Sequence record: OZ035849
From: Escherichia phage vB_Eco_BGP
DNA length: 64,000 nt
Reading direction: 5' to 3' (one strand)
Shown here: piece by piece, positions 10,345-23,756 of the stretch
How positions within the stretch are numbered: the stretch's first letter is position 1
Layout of the letters: each line of letters begins with the position of its first letter
The notes under the pieces: generated by a model
The model's database searches: none
Told to the model about the DNA's origin: nothing
The model's input: the letters and a program-made list of their open reading frames with translations, nothing else
Made by a program: the position numbers and the translations under genes

Positions 10345-10710
10345 ATGTATATTGATAAAAAGTACGAACTTGTTCCAAGACTTATTGATACATTTATTAA
10401 TTATCGCCCGCGTTCTAATTCATTAATAGTTAAAGCTATTCAAGAAAATGGCGGATGGTTTGAAGTTAAAGAAGTTTTCTTTGCTGATGGATTTAAAGTA
10501 GTAAAACACGTAGAATGCGCCAATAGAAAGCATTTTTACTTCAACGTCTGCGAAGATGAATTTCATTGTTTTCGTGAGTATAAAGAACCGACTTCTGAAG
10601 AAGATGAAGTCAAAGACAAGGTTTCTGGCGTAACAAAAATTCACTGCATTGTTGACGAAAACAATGTAGATGAAATCATTGAACTTTTGCGAAAAACTTT
10701 CAAAAAGTAG
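10345..10710 (+). CDS. hypothetical protein (frd-region small ORF)
   Basis: 121 aa ORF with SD GAGGA 8 nt upstream. Confidence 0.7.
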   Translation: MYIDKKYELVPRLIDTFINYRPRSNSLIVKAIQENGGWFEVKEVFFADGFKVVKHVECANRKHFYFNVCEDEFHCFREYKEPTSEEDEVKDKVSGVTKIHCIVDENNVDEIIELLRKTFKK

Positions 10711-10769
10711 TTTACAGAAGGGTAGTAGTGTGATACTATTACCCTATCAAAACTAATGGAGAAAAGAAA

Positions 10770-10838
10770 ATGTTCGCACCTTATATTATGGCAGCAGTTA
10801 TGTTGGTCTGTTTATATCTTTTGATTAAAGCTTGCTAA
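10770..10838 (+). CDS. putative 22-aa hydrophobic membrane peptide
   Basis: ATG 10770 after SD GGAGAAAAG; MFAPYIMAAVMLVCLYLLIKAC; below ORF-track size cutoff. Confidence 0.4.
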   Translation: MFAPYIMAAVMLVCLYLLIKAC

Positions 10839-10848
10839 GGAGAATAAA

Positions 10849-11091
10849 ATGAGATTACAACGCCAGAGCATCAAAGATTCAGAAGTTAGAGGTAAATGGT
10901 ATTTTAATATCATCGGTAAAGATTCTGAACTTGTTGAAAAAGCTGAACACCTTTTACGTGGCATGGGATGGGAAGATGAATGTGATGGGTGTCCGCTTTA
11001 TGAAGACGGTGAAAGCGCAGGATTTTGGATTTATCACTCTGACGTCGAGCAGTTTAAAGCTGATTGGAAAATTGTGAAAAAGTCTATTTGA
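10849..11091 (+). CDS. hypothetical protein
   Basis: 80 aa ORF, SD AAGGAG upstream, tightly packed with neighbours. Confidence 0.7.
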   Translation: MRLQRQSIKDSEVRGKWYFNIIGKDSELVEKAEHLLRGMGWEDECDGCPLYEDGESAGFWIYHSDVEQFKADWKIVKKSI

Positions 11092-11101
11092 GGAAAATAT
11101 T

Positions 11102-11434
11102 ATGTCTGACATTCATGTAACTGGAATTTCACAAGTAAACATCCGCTGCCAATTTAAAACTGTACCTGGGGTGACTCATATTACTTTATCACACGACCCA
11201 TATTCTCGTGGAAGACAGTTAACTGGTATAATTAAGTTTTTCGGTGGAATTGGCGGAAACGAATTTACTATAGGCGATGACGAAATTGTTGGCTGTAAAT
11301 TAAAAGTTCAGAAGGGCGTGTTAGAACTTTTTAGTGATGAAGTTTTTGATGAAATCTCACGAGCAGTTAACAAAGGAATGTTAACGTTAATTAAAATGAT
11401 TAAAGCTAGCGGATATGTTCCTGATCCTTTTTAA
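11102..11434 (+). CDS. hypothetical protein
   Basis: 110 aa ORF, SD GAGGA upstream. Confidence 0.7.
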   Translation: MSDIHVTGISQVNIRCQFKTVPGVTHITLSHDPYSRGRQLTGIIKFFGGIGGNEFTIGDDEIVGCKLKVQKGVLELFSDEVFDEISRAVNKGMLTLIKMIKASGYVPDPF

Positions 11435-11445
11435 TAGGAGATAAT

Positions 11446-12642
<1,197 letters not shown>

Positions 12643-12687
12643 TTATTTAGCTTCATAAAATGTATTATAATTTATATAAGGTACTAA

Positions 12688-13548
12688 ATGAAACAATACC
12701 AAGATTTAATTAAAGACATTTTTGAAAATGGCTATGAAACCGATGACCGAACAGGCACAGGAACAATTGCTTTGTTCGGTACTAAATTGCGTTGGGATTT
12801 AACAAAAGGTTTTCCTGCAGTAACAACTAAAAAGCTCGCCTGGAATGCATGCATTGCTGAGCTTCTATGGTTTATTTCCGGTTCTACCAATGTTAATGAT
12901 TTACGTCTTCGCACTCATGGCAGTCTTATTCAAGGTAAAACTATTTGGGACGATAACTATGAAAACCAAGCTAAAGACCTAGGATATCATAGTGGTGAAC
13001 TTGGTCCTATATACGGTAAACAATGGCGTGATTTCGGTGGTGTGGATCAATTAGTTGAAACTATTGATCGTATTAAAAAATTACCAACTGATCGACGTCA
13101 AATCGTTTCAGCATGGAATCCAGCTGAAATCAATCAAATGGCATTACCGCCCTGTCATATGTTCTATCAGTTTAATGTGCGTAATGGTTATCTTGATTTA
13201 CAATGGTACCAAAGAAGTGTAGATGTTTTCTTGGGATTGCCATTCAACATTGCCTCGTACGCTGCCTTGACGCATATTGTGGCTAAGATGTGTAATCTTA
13301 TCCCAGGAGATTTGATATTTTCTGGTGGTAATACTCACATCTATATGAATCATACTGAGCAATGTAAAGAAATTTTACGTCGTGAGCCTAAAGAACTGTG
13401 TGAACTTAAAATTGATTGGCCTATAGAGTTTGGAAATTGTGACACCGAAACACAGCTTTACTGGTTAACTGAATACATGAAACCGAAAGATTTTATCCTT
13501 GAAAATTATGAATCGCATCCAGCAATTAAAGGGAAAATGGCAATATGA
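12688..13548 (+). CDS. td: thymidylate synthase, uninterrupted (no intron)
   Basis: 286 aa continuous [29 protein letters not shown]...; active-site region PCHMFYQF present; same length as spliced T4 TS. Confidence 0.95.
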
Positions 13549-13808
13549 TTTTACGATTTAAAGATACTTCTGGCGTTGTTCTTTTTACACTTCCTAACCC
13601 AAGCGAGTTAGAAGTTCCAGGACCAGAACAGCCTATTACCATTTATGGTAAAAAATACTATACTCATAAAATGACTCGTGAGTATTTTGATAATAAAATT
13701 TCCACAGTTAAAACTTCTTCTGACTGTTACTACGATATTACTGTTTTAACGGAAAAACAATATGACGAATTATTCCAGCGTGGGCCGTCTATGCCGGGTA
13801 GTGAATAA
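13545..13808 (+). CDS. hypothetical protein
   Basis: 87 aa ORF, ATGA overlap with td stop. Confidence 0.65.
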
Positions 13809-14088
13809 ATACAAATCCGACTTTGATGTTAATATTCACCGCGGTACATTTTGGGGAAATTACGTCGGTAAAGATGCTGGCAGCCGGGAGGCTGCCATTG
13901 AATTATTCAAAAAAGATTTTATACGTCGAATTAAATCCGGAGAAATAACTAAAGCACATTTAGAGCCTTTACGTGGAATGAGGCTAGGATGCACATGTAA
14001 ACCAAAGCCGTGTCATGGTGATATAATAGCTCATATAGTTAACCGATTGTTTAAAGACGATTTTCAAGTTGAGGACTTATGCAATTAA
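13762..14088 (+). CDS. hypothetical protein with Cys/His cluster ([11 protein letters not shown])
   Basis: 108 aa ORF immediately upstream of nrdA; start uncertain. Confidence 0.6.
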
Positions 14089-16343
14089 TTAATGTTATCA
14101 AAAGTAGTGGTGTTTCTCAGAGCTTTGACCCACAAAAAATTATTAAAGTTTTATCTTGGGCAGCTGAAGGAACATCAGTAGATCCTTATGAATTATATGA
14201 AAATATTAAATCTTATCTCCGTGATGGAATGACAACTGATGATATTCAGACTATTGTCATTAAGGCCGCTGCGAATTCTATTTCGGTTGAAGAGCCTGAT
14301 TATCAATATGTAGCTGCACGCTGTTTAATGTTTGCTCTTCGTAAGCATGTTTATGGACAGTATGAACCACGTTCATTTATTGACCATATTTCTTATTGTG
14401 TAAATGAAGGTAAATACGACCCTGAATTATTGTCAAAATATTCAGCAGAAGAAATTACATTTTTAGAATCAAAAATTAAGCACGAACGGGATATGGAATT
14501 TACTTATTCCGGGGCGATGCAATTAAAAGAAAAATATCTAGTTAAAGATAAAACCACTGGTCAAATTTATGAAACTCCACAGTTTGCATTTATGGCTATT
14601 GGAATGGCATTGCATCAAGATGAACCTGTTGATAGATTAAAACATGTTATCCGTTTTTATGAAGCAGTATCAACCCGACAGATTTCATTGCCAACTCCTA
14701 TTATGGCTGGTTGTCGTACTCCGACTCGACAGTTCAGTTCATGTGTTGTTATTGAGGCAGGTGATTCATTAAAGTCTATCAATAAGGCTTCCGCTTCAAT
14801 TGTTGAATATATCTCTAAACGCGCTGGAATTGGTATTAACGTTGGTATGATTCGTGCTGAAGGTTCTAAGATTGGCATGGGTGAAGTACGCCATACTGGT
14901 GTTATTCCTTTTTGGAAACATTTTCAGACTGCTGTTAAATCATGCTCACAGGGTGGAATTCGTGGCGGCGCTGCTACTGCTTATTATCCTATTTGGCATT
15001 TGGAAGTTGAAAATCTTCTCGTTTTGAAAAATAACAAAGGCGTAGAAGAAAACCGCATTCGTCATATGGATTATGGTGTTCAACTGAATGATCTAATGAT
15101 GGAACGTTTTGGAAAGAACGACTACATTACTTTGTTCAGTCCGCATGAAATGGGTGGCGAGCTTTATTATTCTTATTTTAAAGACCAAGACCGTTTCCGT
15201 GAATTATACGAAGCAGCAGAAAAAGACCCTAATATTCGTAAAAAGCGCATTAAAGCCCGTGAACTATTTGAATTGCTCATGACTGAACGCTCAGGAACAG
15301 CAAGGATTTATGTGCAGTTCATTGATAATACGAATAACTATACTCCATTTATTCGTGAAAAGGCACCTATTCGTCAGAGTAACTTGTGCTGTGAAATTGC
15401 TATTCCAACAAATGATGTGAATAGTCCTGATGCTGAAATTGGATTGTGTACTCTCTCTGCATTCGTACTGGATAATTTTGACTGGCAAGACCAAGATAAA
15501 ATTAATGAATTAGCAGAAGTTCAAGTTCGCGCTCTTGATAATCTGTTGGATTACCAAGGATATCCAGTTCCTGAAGCAGAAAAAGCTAAAAAGCGTCGTA
15601 ACCTTGGTGTAGGTGTTACTAACTATGCAGCTTGGCTGGCAAGTAACTTTGCTTCTTATGAAGATGCTAACGATTTAACACATGAACTATTTGAGAGATT
15701 ACAGTATGGACTCATTAAAGCATCCATTAAGCTCGCCAAAGAAAAAGGACCTTGCGAATATTATTCAGACACTCGTTGGTCTCGAGGCGAATTACCTATC
15801 GACTGGTACAATAAAAAGATTGACCAAATCGCAGCTCCAAAATACGTTTGTGACTGGTCGTCGCTGCGGGAAGACCTTAAGCTCTTTGGCATCCGTAATA
15901 GCACATTATCAGCACTTATGCCATGTGAGTCATCTTCCCAAGTTTCTAACAGTACAAATGGTATCGAGCCTCCACGTGGACCAGTCTCTGTTAAAGAATC
16001 AAAAGAGGGTTCCTTTAATCAAGTCGTGCCCAATATTGAGCATAACATAGACCTCTATGATTATACGTGGAAATTAGCTAAGAAAGGTAATAAACCTTAT
16101 CTTACGCAAGTAGCTATTATGCTTAAATGGGTATGTCAATCAGCTTCAGCGAATACATACTATGACCCGCAGATTTTTCCAAAAGGAAAGGTTCCAATGT
16201 CAATAATGATTGATGATATGCTATACGGATGGTATTATGGCATTAAAAATTTCTATTATCATAATACCCGTGATGGTTCTGGTACTGATGATTATGAAAT
16301 AGAAACTCCAAAAGCTGAAGATTGTTCATCCTGTAAATTATGA
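14079..16343 (+). CDS. nrdA: aerobic ribonucleotide reductase large subunit
   Basis: 754 aa, same length as T4 NrdA; ATP-cone N-terminus; SD GAGGA. Confidence 0.96.
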   Translation: MQLINVIKSSGVSQSFDPQKIIKVLSWAAEGTSVDPYELYENIKSYLRDGMTTDDIQTIVIKAAANSISVEEPDYQYVAARCLMFALRKHVYGQYEPRSFIDHISYCVNEGKYDPELLSKYSAEEITFLESKIKHERDMEFTYSGAMQLKEKYLVKDKTTGQIYETPQFAFMAIGMALHQDEPVDRLKHVIRFYEAVSTRQISLPTPIMAGCRTPTRQFSSCVVIEAGDSLKSINKASASIVEYISKRAGIGINVGMIRAEGSKIGMGEVRHTGVIPFWKHFQTAVKSCSQGGIRGGAATAYYPIWHLEVENLLVLKNNKGVEENRIRHMDYGVQLNDLMMERFGKNDYITLFSPHEMGGELYYSYFKDQDRFRELYEAAEKDPNIRKKRIKARELFELLMTERSGTARIYVQFIDNTNNYTPFIREKAPIRQSNLCCEIAIPTNDVNSPDAEIGLCTLSAFVLDNFDWQDQDKINELAEVQVRALDNLLDYQGYPVPEAEKAKKRRNLGVGVTNYAAWLASNFASYEDANDLTHELFERLQYGLIKASIKLAKEKGPCEYYSDTRWSRGELPIDWYNKKIDQIAAPKYVCDWSSLREDLKLFGIRNSTLSALMPCESSSQVSNSTNGIEPPRGPVSVKESKEGSFNQVVPNIEHNIDLYDYTWKLAKKGNKPYLTQVAIMLKWVCQSASANTYYDPQIFPKGKVPMSIMIDDMLYGWYYGIKNFYYHNTRDGSGTDDYEIETPKAEDCSSCKL

Positions 16344-16387
16344 TATAATGTGACTCATGGACGAGTCACTAACAAATGAGAAATAAT

Positions 16388-17179
16388 ATGAAATACTGTT
16401 CGGCAATAACCTACCCAGGTTCAAAACACAAATACATGGATTTTATTAATAGATTCGTATTGGGCTTTGATGATAATATAGTTTTAGATGCCTTTTGTGG
16501 CGGCCTCGGATTTTCTATGAATTGTGGTCGCCGTGTTGAGTGTAATGATATTAATTTTCATCTTATTAATATGTATAACAAGATGAAAGAGTCTTCATTT
16601 AATGATATACTCCAAATCATTGATGATTTTGGTTTAAATGACGTGGACCCTAAACCATTTTATTCTCTAGCAAAAGAATATGATAAAACCAAAAACGGGC
16701 TATATTTATATGTTCTGCATTTATTTGCATTCAGTTCGATGTTAAAATTTTCTAAAGATGATAAGTATATAGCTTCTTTTGCAAATAGAGCCAAATATTC
16801 TAGAACTTCTTTTAATAAATCACAACAAGATAAATTCGCAGCTTTTAAAAATCGTCAACATTTGTTAAGTTTTTCAAATAAATCATTCAGAGATTTAGAT
16901 TTTGAAAACAAGAACTTATTTATCGACCCACCATATCTTTCTACTAAATTTAAATATTCAGGGTGGGAAGAAAAGGATGAATTAGAATTATTAGATAAAA
17001 TTAAACGATCAAAGTCTAAATTTATTATTACTAATAATCTATCAGATGATATTGATAATAACATTCTAAAAGATTGGGCCCTTTCTAATAATTTCAAAAT
17101 TGAATATTTTAAAACCAGATACCAAAAAATATCAAAAGGCGTATCATTTCAGACTGAAGTGCTTATACATAATATGTGA
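16388..17179 (+). CDS. Dam-family DNA N6-adenine methyltransferase (putative)
   Basis: Motifs AITYPGSK, FCGGLGF, IDPPYL in the same order as T4 and E. coli Dam; alternative ATG at 16376. Confidence 0.75.
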   Translation: MKYCSAITYPGSKHKYMDFINRFVLGFDDNIVLDAFCGGLGFSMNCGRRVECNDINFHLINMYNKMKESSFNDILQIIDDFGLNDVDPKPFYSLAKEYDKTKNGLYLYVLHLFAFSSMLKFSKDDKYIASFANRAKYSRTSFNKSQQDKFAAFKNRQHLLSFSNKSFRDLDFENKNLFIDPPYLSTKFKYSGWEEKDELELLDKIKRSKSKFIITNNLSDDIDNNILKDWALSNNFKIEYFKTRYQKISKGVSFQTEVLIHNM

Positions 17180-17213
17180 TTAAATATTTAAACCTATAAT
17201 AAGAGAGAATAAT

Positions 17214-17889
17214 ATGTCTACAGTTTTTAATACAAATCCAGTTGATGTTTTAAAAGAACCTATGTTTTTTGGTTCAGGTCTTGGTATTGCACGTTATGAT
17301 ATTCAACGGCATCGAGTATTTGAAGAACTTACTGAGAAGTCCTTATCATTTTTCTGGCGTCCTGAAGAAGTAAACTTAATGATGGATGCTGCACAATTTA
17401 ATAAGCTTCCTCAGTATCAGCAAAATATTTTTACTAATAACCTGAAGTATCAATCACTTTTGGATAGCATTCAGGGTCGTGCGCCATCTGCTGTACTTAT
17501 GTCATTAATTTCAGACCCAAGCCTTGATACATGGGTTGCTACATGGACTTTTAGTGAAACTATTCACAGTCGTTCATATACTCATATCATGCGAAATCTT
17601 TATACTGATCCGTCAAAGGTATTTGATGAGATTGTATTAGATGAAGCTATCATGAAACGTGCTGAATCCATTGGGCGTTATTATGATGATGTTCTGATTA
17701 AAACCCGTGAATGGGAAAATGCTAAAGAATTTGTAGAACTAGCTAAAGAATCTCCTGATGCTGTCTTTCGTTTAAACCGAGCTATTAAACAAGAAGCCGA
17801 AGCTAAACGTGCTTTAATGAAATCTCTTTACCTCTGTTTGCACGTTATTAATGCCTTAGAAGCTATTCGTTTTTATGTATCTTTTGCGT
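17214..17889 (+). CDS. nrdB: ribonucleotide reductase small subunit, exon 1
   Basis: MSTVFNTNPVDVLKEP... reads to ...EAIRFYVSFA then hits a stop; conserved R2 sequence resumes in frame 1.09 kb downstream. Confidence 0.9.
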
Positions 17890-18980
17890 AAAATGCGCCT
17901 TTAAACGGTAACGTTTATCGAAAACTCCTTTAATTGCTGGAAAGTCCTTTATAGGAAAACTAGCAGCCAAGGTTTTGCTTGCACCTTTAATTAGTATAAT
18001 ATAAATATGATTATACTTTTAAGAGGATGCACAATTGAACTATAGAAAAATTTGGATAGATGCTAACGGACCTATACCTAAAGATTCCGATGGAAGAACA
18101 TACGAAATCCATCATAAAGACGGTAACCGTGAAAATAATGATTTAGATAATTTGATGTGCCTTTCTATACAGGAACATTATGATATACATTTAGCTCAAA
18201 AAGATTACCAGGCTTGTCATGCTATAAAGCTTAGAATGAAATATTCTCCTGAAGAAATTTCTGAATTAGCTTCTAAAGCCGCAAAATCTAGAGAAATCCA
18301 GATTTTTAATATCCCTGAAGTACGAGCTAAAAATATTGCCTCTATTAAATCTAAGATAGAAAATGGTACATTTCATCTTTTAGACGGTGAAATACAGCGT
18401 AAATCTAATTTAAATAGAGTTGCATTAGGTATACATAATTTTCAACAAGCTGAGCATATTGCAAAAGTTAAAGAACGCAATATTGCAGCTATAAAAGAAG
18501 GTACTCATGTATTTTGCGGTGGTAAAATGCAGTCAGAAACTCAATCAAAACGGGTAAATGACGGTTCACATCATTTCTTGTCAGAAGACCATAAGAAAAG
18601 AACATCAGCAAAAACATTAGAAATGGTTAAGAATGGGACCCATCCTGCACAAAAAGAAATCACATGTGATTTCTGCGGTCACATTGGTAAAGGTCCTGGA
18701 TTTTATCTAAAACATAATGACAGATGTAAATTAAATCCAAATAGAATTCAATTGAATTGTCCATATTGTGATAAGAAAGATTTATCACCATCAACATATA
18801 AACGATGGCACGGCGACAATTGCAAAGCAAGGTTCAACGACTAGTCTTCGGACGTAGGGTCAAGCGACTCGAAATGGGGAGAATCCCTCTGGGATTGTGA
18901 TATAGTCTGGTCTGCATAGTAATATGTAGCAGTTCATAAGAGAACGGGTTGAGAATTAGCGAGCTCAATCGAACATAACG
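17890..18980 (+). mobile_element. group I self-splicing intron in nrdB carrying an HNH homing endonuclease ORF
   Basis: Interrupts nrdB after a U (17889); ends in G (18980); joining exons restores frame (...SFA-C-TFNFHKNMEIMEGNAK...); contains HNH ORF; structured 3' segment. Confidence 0.85.
18035..18844 (+). CDS. intron-encoded HNH homing endonuclease, I-TevIII-like, full length
   Basis: 269 aa; HNH motif EIHHKDGNRENNDLDNLMCLSIQEHYDIH; C-terminal Cys-rich region CDFCGH...CPYCDKK; TTG start after SD AAGAGGA; TATAAATA just upstream. Confidence 0.85.
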   Translation: MNYRKIWIDANGPIPKDSDGRTYEIHHKDGNRENNDLDNLMCLSIQEHYDIHLAQKDYQACHAIKLRMKYSPEEISELASKAAKSREIQIFNIPEVRAKNIASIKSKIENGTFHLLDGEIQRKSNLNRVALGIHNFQQAEHIAKVKERNIAAIKEGTHVFCGGKMQSETQSKRVNDGSHHFLSEDHKKRTSAKTLEMVKNGTHPAQKEITCDFCGHIGKGPGFYLKHNDRCKLNPNRIQLNCPYCDKKDLSPSTYKRWHGDNCKARFND

Positions 18981-19483
18981 GTACCTTTAACTTCCACAAG
19001 AATATGGAAATCATGGAAGGTAATGCCAAGATTATGAAGTTCATTGCACGTGATGAGCAGCTTCACCTTAAAGGCACTCAATATATTATTCGTCAACTTC
19101 AACTTGGCACTGATGGCGATGAATGGGTTAAAATTGCTCAAGAGTGTGAACAAGAAGCAGTTGATATTTTCATGGAAGTTAACCGCCAAGAAAAAGATTG
19201 GGCAGTTCATTTATTTAAAGATGGCGATGTTCCTGGATTAAATACAAATAGCATGTGGAGCTTTATTGATTACTTAACTGTATCTCGTATGAAACAGTGT
19301 GGTCTTCCATGCCCGATTACCGATGCTCCGGTTAAACATCCATATCCTTGGATTCGTGAATATCTTAATTCTGATAATGTTCAATCCGCGCCACAAGAAG
19401 TAGAACTGTCATCTTACCTTGTTGCACAGATTGATAATGATGTTGATGATAAAGTTATGATGAGTTTTAAAAAATACTTTTAA
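18981..19483 (+). CDS. nrdB: ribonucleotide reductase small subunit, exon 2
   Basis: In-frame continuation ...MEGNAKIMKFIARDEQLHLKGTQ... through stop at 19483. Confidence 0.9.
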
Positions 19484-19510
19484 GGAGTGGGCCGCAAGGC
19501 CCATTTTATT

Positions 19511-21098
<1,588 letters not shown>

Positions 21099-21101
21099 GC
21101 T

Positions 21102-21155
21102 GTTTACAAGTCCCTCGTGTTGTGTTATAGTAGTCTTACTGACATAACATGAGGA
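21102..21155 (+). promoter_or_regulatory. early promoter cassette, copy 1 of a 54-bp exact repeat
   Basis: gtttac -35, 17-nt spacer, tatagt -10, imperfect stem-loop, SD gagga; identical 54 nt at 35377-35430. Confidence 0.7.
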
Positions 21156-21162
21156 CTTTATG

Positions 21163-21666
21163 ATGGATTTACAACTTATTACTACTGAAATGGTCGTTGA
21201 AGCATACGGTGATACTACAGATGGGATTTCTGTATTCAAAGGAAATCGTCGAGTTGGATATATCACCGATCTTAAGAAAGATTTAGCTAAGCAAGTCAAG
21301 CGGAAAACGACCATTAAAGAATATCGAAATCGTCGTCTTGAGCAAGCCCGTGATATGCTTCCTGATGCGGTTGAAGAGATGAAAGTCTTTTTAGAAAATC
21401 AACTCGCTAAGTATGATTGTGAAGTGTTCATTAATCAGACTCAACCTAATGTTCATATCAATAGCTGTAAATGCTATATCATCGTTAATCCTTTAACGGG
21501 AAAACATCGTCTTGGAATTAGTAATCCAAATCGTAGCGCATCGGATATGGCAGAAGATGTTGAGGCATGCTTTAAAATTTCTAAATCTCCGGCTGAACAT
21601 CATATTTTAATTAACGGTCTTTCTCAAGACGATATTATAGAGGTTATTAAAACTTTATGCAATTAA
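21163..21666 (+). CDS. alc: Alc, host transcription unfolding/termination protein
   Basis: MDLQLITTEMVVEAYGDTTDGISVFKGNRRVGY..., 167 aa as T4 Alc; ORF track starts one Met earlier at 21160. Confidence 0.92.
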   Translation: MDLQLITTEMVVEAYGDTTDGISVFKGNRRVGYITDLKKDLAKQVKRKTTIKEYRNRRLEQARDMLPDAVEEMKVFLENQLAKYDCEVFINQTQPNVHINSCKCYIIVNPLTGKHRLGISNPNRSASDMAEDVEACFKISKSPAEHHILINGLSQDDIIEVIKTLCN

Positions 21667-22010
21667 GTAATACGACAGCAGGCTTGCTATTAATTGTAAT
21701 TGCATTGGGCGGAACTTCTTTAATTTTAAAAAATAAAATTGAAAGATTAGAAACGTCTGTTGTAGAAATTACAAAAACGGCCAATGAAAACGCTTTAGCA
21801 TTAAATAATTTGCGAATTCAGTATAATTATATTGATGCGATGAATAATAAAAATCGTGAGGCAATTGCTGCTATTGAGCGTGAAAATGAAAAACTGCGCA
21901 AAGACGCAAAGAAGGCGGATGTGGTGGCTCATAAGCCAGGATTGGTTGAAAAACAAATCAACAACTCCTTCAACAAGTTCGCAGAAGACATCCAGGACCT
22001 TTCTAAATGA
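21657..22010 (+). CDS. i-spanin (inner membrane spanin subunit; T4 pseT.3-like)
   Basis: 117 aa; N-terminal TM segment TAGLLLIVIALGGTSLIL then coiled-coil-like region; overlaps o-spanin start. Confidence 0.75.
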   Translation: MQLSNTTAGLLLIVIALGGTSLILKNKIERLETSVVEITKTANENALALNNLRIQYNYIDAMNNKNREAIAAIERENEKLRKDAKKADVVAHKPGLVEKQINNSFNKFAEDIQDLSK

Positions 22011-22306
22011 TTAGACTATCAGCAGTAATATTATCTATTGGTCTTCTAGTTGGTTGTTCGACAAAGCCTCTAGAAGTAAAGAAAGAAACAGTTCATCCTA
22101 ATTGGCCAGTACAAATAAAGTCATACGATGAAGCTAAACTATCCTGGCAAGTTAAAGTTATTGATGGTAAAGCTTGGGTCGGTATGCCATTCGAAGATTC
22201 CCAGGAATTTCGTATTTGGCTTAATGATGTAAAACGATATGTACATGATCAGAAAACTATGATATGTTATTATCGCCAAGAGTTAAAAGAGGATAAATGC
22301 AAATGA
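22007..22306 (+). CDS. o-spanin lipoprotein (T4 pseT.2-like)
   Basis: 99 aa; signal peptide with lipobox LLVGC|S; position immediately after i-spanin. Confidence 0.75.
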   Translation: MIRLSAVILSIGLLVGCSTKPLEVKKETVHPNWPVQIKSYDEAKLSWQVKVIDGKAWVGMPFEDSQEFRIWLNDVKRYVHDQKTMICYYRQELKEDKCK

Positions 22307-22527
22307 TTTCATGGCATCAATTTGAACATCTCAAAGGATTGATTTATGAATCCGAGATGGCTGCAATGATTTACGGACGCCAGATTCAGCGGTTAGAATC
22401 TTTACCTCCAACTAATGATGTTTTATTAGCTCAATCTCGTGCTAATCTTAAAAATGAATACCAAAATAAGTGGGGTAAAGCATCTAAAGACCTGCATGAT
22501 TATATTCAATCATTGGTTGAGAAATAA
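22297..22527 (+). CDS. hypothetical protein
   Basis: 76 aa ORF between spanins and pseT. Confidence 0.6.
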   Translation: MQMISWHQFEHLKGLIYESEMAAMIYGRQIQRLESLPPTNDVLLAQSRANLKNEYQNKWGKASKDLHDYIQSLVEK

Positions 22528-22530
22528 TAA

Positions 22531-23755
<1,225 letters not shown>

Positions 23756-23756
<1 letters not shown>

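Noticed and set aside
19044-19241. 65-aa plus-strand ORF inside nrdB exon 2
   Set aside because: Alternative frame of the conserved NrdB coding sequence.
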